Positions 41,685 to 52,384 of a stretch of 64,000 bases of DNA are shown here, one piece after another. Origin of the DNA: an uncultured Phycisphaerales bacterium. Its GTDB lineage: Bacteria; Planctomycetota; Phycisphaerae; Tepidisphaerales; Tepidisphaeraceae. How positions within the stretch are numbered: position 1 is the first letter of the stretch; each line of letters starts with the position of its first letter. The notes below the pieces were generated by a model. That model was not told the DNA's origin and ran no database searches. It saw nothing but the letters and a program-made list of their open reading frames with translations. The stretch spans positions 3,488,001 to 3,552,000 of the forward strand of contig CAVWVQ010000003.1 in NCBI GenBank assembly GCA_963758525.1, in the 5' to 3' direction. Made by a program: the position numbers and the translations under genes.

Positions 41685-42482
41685 ATGCAGCACTCGAAAA
41701 TGATTTTCACGGAAAATGGAACGGGAATTCCTCTGGTACTGGTGCATGGTTTTCCCGTCGACGGCCGCATGTGGCTCGAGGTGAGCGGGGCGTTGAGCCA
41801 CGCGTTTCGTGTAATCGTGCCCGATCTTCCCGGCTTCGGACGCTCAACGCCGGCTGTTCCATTTACCATCGATTCGGTTGCAGATGCGCTGGTTGCTCAA
41901 CTGGCGGCGATCGAGGCGCTTCCATGCGTGCTCGCCGGTTTCTCAATGGGCGGTTATATCGCGCTGTCGCTCGCCGCGCAACGCGCCGAAGCAATACGTG
42001 GACTCGTGCTGGTTGACACGCGAGCCGATGCCGACACGCCCGAGGGGCGCGAGGGACGCGGGCAGATGATCCAGGTCGCGCGCACCGCCGGCTCGGTTGC
42101 CGTTGCTGAGCTGATGCTTCCGAAAATGCTCTCGGCTGGAACACTGGCAGAGCGTCCCGACGTAGTGACTGCCTTGCGAAGGATCATGGAGTCATCTTCG
42201 CCGTCAGCGATCGAACACGCGCTCGCCGCCATGCGCGATCGCGCCGATCGCACCAACGACCTGGCGTCAATCAACGTGCCGACACTCATCCTCGTCGGCG
42301 ATGCCGACTCGATCACTCCTCCAGCGACGGCTGAAGCGATGAGCCGGCGAATCCCCGGCAGTGTCGTCCGCATCATTCCCGGCGCCGGTCACATGTCCCC
42401 GTTGGAGCAGCCTTGCGAGGTAAGCCGTGTCATGCTGGAATGGCTAGCTCACTCCGTGGCACGGGCGTCCCGCCTGTGTTAG
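41685..42482 (+). CDS. Alpha/beta hydrolase
   Basis: VHGFP, PDLPGFG, GFSMGG nucleophile elbow and GAGHMS. Confidence 0.92.
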   Translation: MQHSKMIFTENGTGIPLVLVHGFPVDGRMWLEVSGALSHAFRVIVPDLPGFGRSTPAVPFTIDSVADALVAQLAAIEALPCVLAGFSMGGYIALSLAAQRAEAIRGLVLVDTRADADTPEGREGRGQMIQVARTAGSVAVAELMLPKMLSAGTLAERPDVVTALRRIMESSSPSAIEHALAAMRDRADRTNDLASINVPTLILVGDADSITPPATAEAMSRRIPGSVVRIIPGAGHMSPLEQPCEVSRVMLEWLAHSVARASRLC

Positions 42483-42567
42483 CGACGTGAGAGTAGAAGA
42501 AATGTTCATACCGAGGCGGCTGCTTCTTGGGCTCCGTGATACCAGCATGGAGGGACGCCCATGCCAC
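42456..42567. repeat. GTGG-type REP doublet (family C)
   Basis: GTGGCACGGGCGTCCCGCCTGTG ... CATGGAGGGACGCCCATGCCAC imperfect inverted pair. Confidence 0.65.
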
Positions 42568-42595
42568 AGGCCGGCGTTCCTGCTAGATTCGCGAC

Positions 42596-42979
42596 GTGGC
42601 CAAGCGACTGACGTTTCCCAAGACCCTGCGCGTCCGCACCCGAGGCGACTATTCCGCGGTCTTCGAGCCACGCGTGCGCATGGCGCGGGGGCCGCTTGTC
42701 TTGTACGGAGTTCCAACCGATGCGGAGGCCACCCGATTCGGCCTGAGCACGCCACGGAAGGTTGGCAACGCCGTTCGCCGCAATCGCATTCGCAGGCTGT
42801 TGCGGGAATCGTTCCGCGCCCTGCAGCACGCGCTGCCAGCCGGCTATGATTTGGTGGCTGTCGTACGCTCGCACGAACCGCTGAAGCTTGCCGACTATCA
42901 GTTCCTGCTCGCGGCGATGTGCAAGGAGCTGCACGCTGTGTGGCAAAAGAAGAGTTCGAGGCCCCCGGCGAAGAAGTAA
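42596..42979 (+). CDS. rnpA: Ribonuclease P protein component
   Basis: FPKTLRV and RFGLSTPRKVGNAVRRNRIRRLLRESFR. Confidence 0.95.
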   Translation: MAKRLTFPKTLRVRTRGDYSAVFEPRVRMARGPLVLYGVPTDAEATRFGLSTPRKVGNAVRRNRIRRLLRESFRALQHALPAGYDLVAVVRSHEPLKLADYQFLLAAMCKELHAVWQKKSSRPPAKK

Positions 42980-42981
42980 AA

Positions 42982-43197
42982 ATGCGAATCACGCAACGCA
43001 TCTGTATTGCGTTCGTTTTGCTTTACCGTGCGACGCTCGGAAAGCTCTTGGGCGGTCACTGCCGATACCATCCGACCTGCAGCCAGTACGCGATCGACGC
43101 GATCACCCAATATGGTTCCCTGCGGGGAGGATGGAAGGCGCTTAAGCGCGTCGCCCGTTGCCATCCCTGGGGCGGCCGGGGATATGATCCCGCGTGA
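42982..43197 (+). CDS. yidD: Membrane protein insertion efficiency factor
   Basis: CRYHPTCSQYA and RCHPWGGRGYDP. Confidence 0.95.
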   Translation: MRITQRICIAFVLLYRATLGKLLGGHCRYHPTCSQYAIDAITQYGSLRGGWKALKRVARCHPWGGRGYDPA

Positions 43198-43218
43198 ACA
43201 GGCGTCGGAGCCGGCTCT

Positions 43219-44301
43219 TCAAAGCATCCCCTTCCACTTGTTGAATCGCTTCTCAAGTCGATCCTTCAACTGTGCATGTCCCGGCTCATAGGTGTGACCG
43301 TTTCGCGCAAGCTGCACGAAAAGCTTCACCATGCTCTCCCAATCGTTCACGTCGATAAATTCCGGCCCGATCTTCTTCTTCGCGATGTCCATGTTGTGAT
43401 AGTTGCCAAGTGCGACGCAGATCGACGCGGCGGTGAATCCGTAGACGTCGTAAACCGTCGCTTCACAAGTCCCGCCGGGCATGAGGGCTCGTTGATAGGC
43501 AAAGCTCCGATCCCGCTTCGCCAATTTCGCGGCCTGCTGTGAAATGAAATAACTGAGACTCGAATTGAAGACACTGGTCCGATCCCCGATGCGGATGATC
43601 GCTCCCTTCCCCTGCGGCGCATACGACTGCATCGCAGAGCACTCGATCGCAATCAGACGGTCTGTTTTGCGCAGCAACTTCGGTTCGACCGAAGCGGCAA
43701 TCGCGCCGATAAACCCTTCCTCTTCCGCTCGCGTCAACAGAACGCCGACGGTCGTTGCCGCCGGGCGCGTGCAGAGCAAGTCGAGCATCTGCAATGCCGC
43801 CGCCGCTCCGGCAAGATCGTCACAGACCCGCGAGTAGAACTTTCCGCCCTTGATCCGTCCGACTCCCTGATCCCACATGCCGGGCGCGCCACGCGGCACC
43901 GCGGCGCCAACACGCAGCAACGCCGTGCGCGGGACCGGCCGGTCCTTCCCCTGCACGTGCGAAAGAACAACCGCTGGAATTTCGCGCTTGCCGTCGAAGA
44001 ATCGCACCTTCTCGCCATCGAAAAAGTCGCCCATCACATAGCCGCGAAAGGCAGCTTCGACCGTTCGCTCATCGATCATGCGTGTCGCGACAAAGCCGGG
44101 ATGGTCCATGTGGGCGGTGAAGATCCAGCGCGGCAATCGCTTCTTCCCCGGCACTTCGATGAGCAGATTGCCATGCCGATCCTCGGAGACGCGCAAGCGC
44201 GGTCGCGCAGCAACGAATCGCCGTACGTACTGCACGACATGGCGCTCAACAAACGGCGCGGTCGGCAGCGAGCAAATCTCTCGTAGGATTCTGTTCTGCA
44301 T
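43219..44301 (-). CDS. M20/M28/M42-type metallopeptidase or hydrolase
   Basis: AHMDHPG, CDDLAG, AEEEG, GTCEA and NYHN. Confidence 0.85.
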   Translation of the reverse strand: MQNRILREICSLPTAPFVERHVVQYVRRFVAARPRLRVSEDRHGNLLIEVPGKKRLPRWIFTAHMDHPGFVATRMIDERTVEAAFRGYVMGDFFDGEKVRFFDGKREIPAVVLSHVQGKDRPVPRTALLRVGAAVPRGAPGMWDQGVGRIKGGKFYSRVCDDLAGAAAALQMLDLLCTRPAATTVGVLLTRAEEEGFIGAIAASVEPKLLRKTDRLIAIECSAMQSYAPQGKGAIIRIGDRTSVFNSSLSYFISQQAAKLAKRDRSFAYQRALMPGGTCEATVYDVYGFTAASICVALGNYHNMDIAKKKIGPEFIDVNDWESMVKLFVQLARNGHTYEPGHAQLKDRLEKRFNKWKGML

Positions 44302-44373
44302 CAGAGGCGAGATTCAACCATGTTCGCTGGCGATCGCCAAATGGTCTCTTGATCCTTTGGCCGGACAAGCGGG

Positions 44374-44673
44374 CTATGCCGCGCGCCGCGACTCCTTCGG
44401 CTCAGGTACAATCAGCAGGCTGTTCCACGTTCCACGGCTGCGCTCGATCCCGTTGGCGGCGTGATCGGTGTACCATTCTCCATCGGCAACATACCGAAAC
44501 TGATGGCTGCCGGGCATCAGATTCAGCCGCAGCGTCCACCAGCCGTCCCCTTGCCAGACCATCGGCGCGGCGCCGATGCACCAGTTATTGAACGTGCCCG
44601 CCACAAAGACATCGAGCACGTTGGGTCGAAAGAATCGGAAGGTGACCTCGCCGCTGGGTGAAACTTCCGTCAT
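44374..44673 (-). CDS. Glycogen-binding (CBM48/AMPK-beta-like) domain protein
   Basis: VFVAGTFNNW...L.PGSHQFRYVADGEWYTD. Confidence 0.85.
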   Translation of the reverse strand: MTEVSPSGEVTFRFFRPNVLDVFVAGTFNNWCIGAAPMVWQGDGWWTLRLNLMPGSHQFRYVADGEWYTDHAANGIERSRGTWNSLLIVPEPKESRRAA

Positions 44674-44988
44674 GTGCCTCTCCGCAGGAAGACATCCGCC
44701 CAAAGACTGTTGACAATCGAATAATCGGAATAGATGCGAGCATGCTTTATCGCTTCCGCCCCGCTTTCTGCAATTCTTGCCGGTGCCCGGCAGTCTTTTC
44801 CAATCTTCTGGTTTTGCTGCGGGGGGAGGGGGAAAACCTTGAGGCACACGCTCCGCCGACACCGTCACGGACCCTCGCCGATCTCACAGTCGCCGATCTC
44901 GCTGGACAACTTGGGAAATTATCATCAGTATTTCCGGGCGTTTACCGGTCATTCAATCCGTACACCGCCCGCCTTGCGATGCGATCCC

Positions 44989-46596
44989 ATGGGTTTTCCC
45001 TGCCAGTCACCCTTGATTGCATATTTCGCCGTCGCCTCGCTGCTCGGCGGGACGATCGCGGTTACCCCGCTCAGCGCCCAGCCGATCGCGGTTGAGCCCT
45101 ACTACCAGGGCAAATCGCTCACTCTGTGGTCGCACGCCCTGGCGGAAGCTAATCCGGAAATACGCGTACGCGCTCTGACGGCCATCGGACAGATGGATCT
45201 TCGCGCCAAATCCGAGATCGACGAAATTGCCCGCCTGCTGGCCGATCCCGATGCGCGCGTGCGGGGAGCGGCTGCGCTCACGCTCGGCGGATTTGGGCCG
45301 CTCGCGAAGCGGGCCGTGTCGGCGCTGATCATCGCCCTGCGTGACCCCGACGCCGAAGTCCGCGAGGACGCGGCTTTCGCTTTGGGAGAGATCGGCGCGG
45401 ATGCGTACGCTGCCGCGCCGGCACTGGGACAATTGCTCTTCAAACCCGACGAAGACGTGGTGGTTTCGTATGCGGCTGTGGCGCTGGGAAAACTCGGCGC
45501 GGCCTCTTCGCCGCAGCTTGCGGCGGCGCTGCGATCCCCTTTTCCGTTCGTGCGCGATCTGGCGGCCGACATGCTGGTCGCCGACGCCGCGGCAGCTTCG
45601 CTGTCGCTCCCGGCGCTTTGCGAGGCGCTAAACGACAGGTCGAGCAAGGTCCGCGCTTCAGTCGCCGCCGCCATTGGAGGGATTGGGCCTTCGGCAAAAT
45701 CTGCTGTCGGAGTGCTGACCGCTGCTTTGGACGATCCTGCCCTGCCCGTCCGTATCAAGGCTGCCGAAGCTTTGAGCCGCCTTGGGCCATCGGCGTCGGC
45801 TGCGCTGCCGACGCTGCGCAGCGTCATTTCCGCGCCGCAAGCCGAGCTTCGAATTGCCGCGGCTGACGCGATCTGGTCAATTGCCGGTGACTCCGGGACC
45901 GCGCTTCCCACGCTGCTCTGGGCTGCTGACGACACCGACCCCAGGAATCGCGCCCGTGTATTTTGCCTCCTCGGCGCGATCGGGCCGAAGCTGACCGGCG
46001 TCATCGGCACTCTCATCACCGCTCTCAGTGACACCGATCGCAACGCGCACTGCGCCGCGATCGCGTCGCTCGGTCAGATTGGTCGCGCTGCCGAGGCGGC
46101 GGCGACGTACCTTCGGCCGTTGATCAACGATGCCGATCCGGAAATCCGGTTGTTGAGCGCCGAAGCCCTCTGGCAGATCGATCATCGGCCCGGCGATGTG
46201 ATCACGACAATGCACGTGATGCTGGAGAACAAGGATCCCGTCCTTCGCGCCTGCGCGGCGCTGGCGCTGGGTGAACTTGGTCCCTCCGCACTGGCCGTCG
46301 TTCCGGCGCTTCGCAAAATGATCGCTGATCCATATTTGATCGTGCGGATCGCCGCCGCTGAGGCCTTGTGGCGCATCACGGGCGCAACAGATCAGACGCT
46401 CCCTGCGCTGATTGCGATCACAACCGACCTCACCACCCGGGACATCTACTCCCGGCAGCGGGCGATCGCCGCGCTGGGAAGAATGGGCGTCGCCGCGAGG
46501 CCCGCCATCGGGGCGTTGCAAAGCGCGGAGTCCGATGATTTCCCCGCCGTTCGGGTTGCCGCTGCCGCTGCGCTGGCGAAAGTCCAGGCGAGATAG
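44989..46596 (+). CDS. Exported HEAT-repeat protein
   Basis: Signal-like segment, YQGKSL..W, and many L.D.D..VR..AA.ALG repeats. Confidence 0.88.
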   Translation: MGFPCQSPLIAYFAVASLLGGTIAVTPLSAQPIAVEPYYQGKSLTLWSHALAEANPEIRVRALTAIGQMDLRAKSEIDEIARLLADPDARVRGAAALTLGGFGPLAKRAVSALIIALRDPDAEVREDAAFALGEIGADAYAAAPALGQLLFKPDEDVVVSYAAVALGKLGAASSPQLAAALRSPFPFVRDLAADMLVADAAAASLSLPALCEALNDRSSKVRASVAAAIGGIGPSAKSAVGVLTAALDDPALPVRIKAAEALSRLGPSASAALPTLRSVISAPQAELRIAAADAIWSIAGDSGTALPTLLWAADDTDPRNRARVFCLLGAIGPKLTGVIGTLITALSDTDRNAHCAAIASLGQIGRAAEAAATYLRPLINDADPEIRLLSAEALWQIDHRPGDVITTMHVMLENKDPVLRACAALALGELGPSALAVVPALRKMIADPYLIVRIAAAEALWRITGATDQTLPALIAITTDLTTRDIYSRQRAIAALGRMGVAARPAIGALQSAESDDFPAVRVAAAAALAKVQAR

Positions 46597-46614
46597 TCAC
46601 CCCGTCACTCTGGA

Positions 46615-47841
46615 TTATTCCTCCCCAGCGCTTTCAAATTGAATCGCGCGTTTCTCCGTACCCAGCGCCACGACGACGATGGCGCCGACAAAAATCAGCG
46701 TGGCGGTGATCGCCATGGAACTGGCGTAGGTGGAATGGCTCGCGCGATGTGCCTGGTAGTAGACGACGCTGCCGGCGATGAGCACGCCGCACTGATACGC
46801 GAATCCCGGCAGGAACCCGCGAACGGAATTCGGCGAAAGCTCGCTGATATGCGCCGGAATGATCCCCCACGCGCCCTGCACCATGAACTGGAGAAGGAAG
46901 CCGCCGAGCACGATCAGGCCGATCGAGTGCGAGAACGCCAGCGGCACCGTGACGATCGCCAGGCCAAACGCGATCAGCATCGCCCTGCGTCGCCCGATTG
47001 AATCCGATGCCAATCCAAACACGACGCCGCCGGCGATGGCGCCGATCATTGTGAACGCGGTAACCGTTCCGGCCTGCCGGGCGGTAAAGCCGAAGTCCCG
47101 TTTGAGCAGCGTCGGGTACATGTCCTGAGTCCCGTGCGACGAGAAGTTCATCATCGTCATGAGCAGCACGAGATAGACGAACAGAGGCAGATGTGACGCA
47201 ATGCTTGTCGTCAGCGAGCTCCAATCCTTTTTCGCGGTACGCTCCCACACTTCCGACTCGCGCACGCCGAAGCGAACAAACAGCGCGAGCAGCGCCGGCA
47301 GCCCGCCGATGAAAAAAAGCGGCCGCCAGCCGAAATGGGGAAACATCGAGCGGTAGACCAGCGCCGCCATCAGATTTCCCGCCGCATATCCTTCCTGGAG
47401 CAGCCCCGAAAGGATGCCGCGCCAGCGCGGCGGCACCTTCTCCATCGCCAGCGATGCGCCGACTCCCCACTCCCCGCCCATTCCGATGCCGAACAACGCG
47501 CGCAGGACCAGAAATTGCGTGAAGTTGTGCGAGAATCCGGTCATCACTTCGATGATCGAATAAAAAACCAGATCGAGCATCAATGGCATGCGCCGCCCGT
47601 ATCGATCCGCGAGCATGCCGAAGATGAACGCGCCGACCGGGCGAAACGCCAGGGTGAGCAATAGTGCCACGCTCATCTGCGCGTCGGTCTTGCCGAACTC
47701 TTTGCCGATATCCGTCAGGCAGAAGACAACGAGGAAGTAGTCAAACGCATCGAGCGTCCAGCCAAGAAACCCGGCAAAGACTGCGGCGCTTGAGCCCGTG
47801 GCGGCAAGAGATCGCCCGGAAAGCTCCCGTGCGGATGGCAT
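46615..47841 (-). CDS. MFS transporter (JEN/NanT-like carboxylate:H+ symporter)
   Basis: GWTLDAFDYF, ADRYGRR, GMGGEWG and SHGTQDMYPT. Confidence 0.9.
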   Translation of the reverse strand: MPSARELSGRSLAATGSSAAVFAGFLGWTLDAFDYFLVVFCLTDIGKEFGKTDAQMSVALLLTLAFRPVGAFIFGMLADRYGRRMPLMLDLVFYSIIEVMTGFSHNFTQFLVLRALFGIGMGGEWGVGASLAMEKVPPRWRGILSGLLQEGYAAGNLMAALVYRSMFPHFGWRPLFFIGGLPALLALFVRFGVRESEVWERTAKKDWSSLTTSIASHLPLFVYLVLLMTMMNFSSHGTQDMYPTLLKRDFGFTARQAGTVTAFTMIGAIAGGVVFGLASDSIGRRRAMLIAFGLAIVTVPLAFSHSIGLIVLGGFLLQFMVQGAWGIIPAHISELSPNSVRGFLPGFAYQCGVLIAGSVVYYQAHRASHSTYASSMAITATLIFVGAIVVVALGTEKRAIQFESAGEE

Positions 47842-47921
47842 GGGAGGTCAGTGTAACGGATGTCACCATGTGAGCCACTCCGCTCGGAAGACGCGGGCCT
47901 GCGCAAATTTCCCAGGGCAAT

Positions 47922-49280
47922 TTAACTCCCGGCGAGACCCCCTCCGGCCCCCTCCCCTGGTACTCCGGGGGGAGGGGTGGGGTGGGGGTTCGTTCGTTCC
48001 GGCGGGCGATCCGCCTCGGCCACCGGCTGCGAGGGATCCGGTCGCTGCGCCGCCGACGCGTCCAGTTCCTGCCGCGGCGGCATCAGCGCCTCAACCTTCC
48101 GCTCATCAAGTCCCGCGAGGTTCGGCCCGGTGTTGAACCCCGAATCCGCGATCATTTCCCGGGGCTTGCGGCCAAAGTGCTCCTCGATGTTTTGCACCGC
48201 CGGCAGCACCGTCGACGCCTCGTCGTTGCCGGCCAGCACCTGCGTGTCCACGATGAAGCCATGATCCGCGTCGGTGGCCAGCACCGCGGTGTAAGCGGGC
48301 GCGTAGCCTCCCTGCTTGGCCGGCAGCACGCGAGACTCGGGGTCGGTGGTCGGAATCGCCGGCCCCTGCGGCATGTCCTTGCGGTTCCCACGCTGCTTTT
48401 CCATCTCATTGAGGCTGTCCATCGCCTGTTGCAGACGCGCCTGACGGGCCTTGAGATCGCTCAGCTCCCGGGGCAGCTTCGTCGGAGAACTCTCCCCAAA
48501 CAACTGAGCGTCGGCCTTGTCCGCGGCGTCCGCCTCGGCCATCAAGCGATCGACCTGAACGTCCAACGCATCGAGCTTCTGCTGCAGCGACGCCCGGCGG
48601 TTGGTCGCGTAGCGGCTGTTGTTCGCCTTCAGCTCCGTCCCGTCGAGCATCACCGAATTGAGCGACACCAGCCCCAGCGACATCGCCACCCGGCCGACCT
48701 GTCGGAACAGGTCCTTGATCTGCTTGCCAAACTGCGTGCGGAATTTGCAGATCGTTGCGTGATCGGGGACGCGTCCCTCCAGCAGCCAGATGAAATCCAG
48801 CCGGTTGGCGGCCGCGTCCTCCAGCTTGCGGCTGGAACGGATTCCCAGCGACAATCCATAGAGAATGCATCCCGCCAGCACCCGCGGATGGATCGGAGGC
48901 TGGCCGACCACCCGCACGTACGATGCTTCCCAGGGGGAGAAGTCGATCCTCCCCAGCGTCTCGTGGAAGAGGCGTACGGGATGATCGTCGGCAATCGACG
49001 CATCGAGAGTAGGCGCGAAAAGCGTGACCTGTTTGCGATCCAGACGGGGAGTTGCCCAGTGACCCATTGCGAAGCCTCCGTGCTTGGGCAAGCATTTCAG
49101 CGCCACGTCGGCAAAGATGCAATGGGTGTTCCACATAAATCGACAGGCCCAGTACCAGGGGAGTGGGAAAGAGTTGCGAGCTCCCGGAAAATCGGGCGCG
49201 CCCCTTTCCGGGGGACCTGATCTCCCGAGCACTTGCTCGCGTACCGCCCCAAAGACCGGCCGGGTCCTTGTGTGGACGAT
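47922..49280 (-). mobile_element. IS1182-family-like element, 3'-truncated transposase (CDS about 47922-49067)
   Basis: DHPVRLF, GIRSSRKLE, PDHATICKFR, LDGT.LKANNS, TTDPESR and ADSGF. The ORF ends inside a REP palindrome. Element boundary near 49280 is approximate. Confidence 0.8.
47948..47988. repeat. REP-like palindrome, family A
   Basis: Reverse complement CCCCTCCCCCCGGAGTACCAGGGGAGGGG resembles 6073-6106. Confidence 0.7.
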
Positions 49281-49347
49281 CAACCTTGGAGCGACGATGA
49301 TGCCGATCCACTAATTGCACGAATTGAGTGTGGTGGTATCTGAGTTG

Positions 49348-50983
49348 ATGACGGCGCTGGCATCTTCCAATTTTTCGCCCGATCCCAAGCCGTGGGTGCT
49401 GCGCTATTTATGGCCGCTGCTGGCGGGAATGCTGGTGCTGCGCGTGCTCGTCGACATGCGGTTTTCGCTCGTGCCCGACGAAGCGGTCTATTGGTCATGG
49501 TCGCGGCATCCGGCGCTGGGATACTTCGATCATCCGCCGATGATCGCCTGGATCAACTGGATCTTCTCGCATCTGCTCGGATCGACCGAGCTTGGCGTGC
49601 GTCTGCCCGCGACGCTGATGGCGCTCGGTACGCTGGCCGTGATTGTCACCACCGCCCGTCGGATCATTCCTGAGACGATCGCCGTGAAGTGGGTGGCAAT
49701 CATCTGGCTGGTCAGCCCGCTGCTGGTGGGCGTCGCGACCATCTCGACGCCCGACACGCCGGCGATCTTCTTCTCAACTTGCGCTGGCGTGCGTGCTGCG
49801 GATCGCCTCTGCAGACGACGTGACCCATCGAATGTCGCGCTCGGTGCCTCGATTGTGGCTGTCGTTCGGCGTTTTCTGCGGGCTGGCATCTCTATCGAAA
49901 TACACGACGGTGCTGCTTCCCGCGGCAGTCATCTTCTCGCTGATCCTGTCGCGGAAAGGCCGGGCGCATCTTCGCCAACCCTGGATCTATCTGGCGGCGG
50001 TCATCGCCGTCTTGATCTTCTCGCCCGTTGTCTGGTGGAATTACCGGCACCAGTGGGCGTCATTTCTCTACCAACTTCATCATGGCGTGAGCGATGAGCC
50101 GGCACAGGCGCCGGTTTCTGGCGCTGCGGGGGTGCTGCACATCTGCCGAAACATGCTGCTCTATCTCGGCGGGCAGGCCGCGCTCTGGACGCCTGTGCTG
50201 TTCGTGATTGGCATTGTCATCATGATTCAGAAGATCAGAACATTTTTTTTCCTGACGGAAGTGGATCGAGTGTTGCTGGTGTGCGCGCTGTTGCCACTGG
50301 CGCTGTTCGGCGCAGCGTCGGCCCACAAACTCGGTGAAGTGAACTGGCCTTCATTCGCGTATGTTCCGCTGAGTCTTCTCACCGGGCGATGGATTGCCGA
50401 AGAGGACAGCGACAACTCCGAGGCGGAGCCTTCCTCTTCCCCTGGCACGACCCGCAGCCAGGGCACTGGCCCAGTCCTCAATTACGACGGCGGAGCTATT
50501 CAGGGGAAAAGGCGAGGCCGCGCGCATGCCGTGATGGAGGGGTGCAAACTCGCGCTGATTTTCACGCTGGTGATCCACGTCCTGTTTGTTCCGGGTATTC
50601 CGCAATTATTGTCGCGTCTGCACGTGCCGTTGCCGCACAGCGCCCGGGATCTGCTGGTGAACGACCGCCATCAATATGGCCGCGAGCTGCTAGCGGCGGC
50701 GGACAGCGCGCCGGTCGTCTGCAACCGGCACCAGGACGCGGCAGAGGCGTCGTTTTACATGCCCGGACAGCCGGATGTATGGTGCGACGGGGTCGGGTCG
50801 CGGCCGACCGCGTATGACTACTTTGACGTCAAGCCCGATTTTTCGACAATCAACCGTGTTCTGTTCGTGGGCGGCCACGCCGCGTTGTTCGTGGCGAAGC
50901 ACCACTACTCAAAAGCCCGCATGGTATCGCTCGCGCCCGCGGGCACCGGGCATCCCCGCACCGCGGTCATGGCAAGTCGATGA
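49348..50983 (+). CDS. GT39/ArnT-like (PMT_2) membrane glycosyltransferase, frameshifted near 49790
   Basis: PDEAVYWSW..GYFDHPPMIAW, TPDTP, then SKYT and PVVWWNYRHQW in the next frame. Confidence 0.85.
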
Positions 50984-52269
50984 ATCCACATTCCATTCGA
51001 GCGATTGACATCTGGGTCGGCAGGCCGATCTGCTTTGCCCTGACTGCGGTACGCCGCCTCGGAGCAATTTTTAAATCCCCCCCGGCGGCGCCGGCGCCCG
51101 TTCGCACCATTCTTCTCATCAAAATGATCGAGCAGGGCGCGACCGTGCTTGCCTATCGTGCCATCGCCCGCGCCGTTGAGATGGTCGGCAAAGAGAACGT
51201 CTACTTCATGGTTTTTCAGGAAAACCGGTTTATCCTCGATCTGCTCGGATTGATTCCGCCGGAGAACGTGCTGGTGATCCGCGCCAAAAAGCCGGGCACG
51301 CTGTTCGCGGATCTGATCGGTGCGATCTTTCGGGCTCGGCGGCTGGGGATCGATGCCACCATCGACATGGAGTTTTTCTCCCGCGCCTCGGCAATTCTGG
51401 CATATCTCACGGGCGCGAAGGTGCGGGTCGGACTGCATCGCTTCACCAGCGAAGGCCCTTATCGCGGCGATCTTCTGACTCATCGCCATCAATACAATCC
51501 GTTCGTTCACGTCGCGCCGTCGTATTACCTGCTGGTCGATTCGGCCCGGTGGGATCCCGCGCAGACGCCGATGGGAAAAGTCGTTGTCCCCGCGATCGAC
51601 TGGGCTCCTCCCCGCTTCGTGCCGTCGTTGGAGGAGGTCGCCGCGGTGCAGAGAACGCTCGACCGCCTGGCGGGGCGCACTGTCTCTCGACCGATCGTTC
51701 TACTAAATTCAAACGCGAGCGATTTGCTTCCGCTGCGCCGCTGGCCGAGCGAAAATTTCGTTGAACTAGGGCAGCGCGTTCTGCGGGATCATCCCGACGT
51801 GACATTGGTCATTACCGGCGGCCCAGACGAAGCGGTCGCCGCAAAACTATTGGCCACGCGGATCTCCCCGCGCACCATCAGCACCGCCGGCGAGACAACG
51901 CTGCGCGAGTTGATCGTTCTCTACACCATGGCCGACGTGCTGGTTACCAACGACAGCGGCCCGGGACATTTCGCGACGCTCACTGCCATCGCATCGATTG
52001 TCCTCTTCGGCCCCGAAACCCCCGCGTTATTCGGACCGCTTGGCAGCAACAGCGAAGTGGTGCGACAAAATCTCGCATGCAGTCCATGCGTCAACGCGTT
52101 TAACCACCGCTTCTCCCCCTGCGACGATCCGGTCTGCATGAAGGGTATCACCGTTGACACGGTGTTTGAGCGCGTTCACCAGCGACTGCTCGAGGGACGT
52201 CGAGTGCCGCTGGCTCTGGCACCCTCGCCGCAACAAACTGAAAGCCCGGCGGTAGTGACTTTTTCGTGA
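50980..52269 (+). CDS. Glycosyltransferase family 9 (ADP-heptose:LPS heptosyltransferase-like)
   Basis: RRWP, TNDSGPGHFA, LFGPE, CSPC and CMKGI; ATGA overlap with the upstream gene. Confidence 0.9.
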   Translation: MNPHSIRAIDIWVGRPICFALTAVRRLGAIFKSPPAAPAPVRTILLIKMIEQGATVLAYRAIARAVEMVGKENVYFMVFQENRFILDLLGLIPPENVLVIRAKKPGTLFADLIGAIFRARRLGIDATIDMEFFSRASAILAYLTGAKVRVGLHRFTSEGPYRGDLLTHRHQYNPFVHVAPSYYLLVDSARWDPAQTPMGKVVVPAIDWAPPRFVPSLEEVAAVQRTLDRLAGRTVSRPIVLLNSNASDLLPLRRWPSENFVELGQRVLRDHPDVTLVITGGPDEAVAAKLLATRISPRTISTAGETTLRELIVLYTMADVLVTNDSGPGHFATLTAIASIVLFGPETPALFGPLGSNSEVVRQNLACSPCVNAFNHRFSPCDDPVCMKGITVDTVFERVHQRLLEGRRVPLALAPSPQQTESPAVVTFS

Positions 52270-52384
52270 CAGACAGTGTTATTGGAGGCCACAACCGGGA
52301 GCGTCGGCGCGGCTTTGACTCGCGGACATCCGGCCATAGAATCGCCCAGCATCTGACGTACCGTATTTTCACACGATCCAATCT

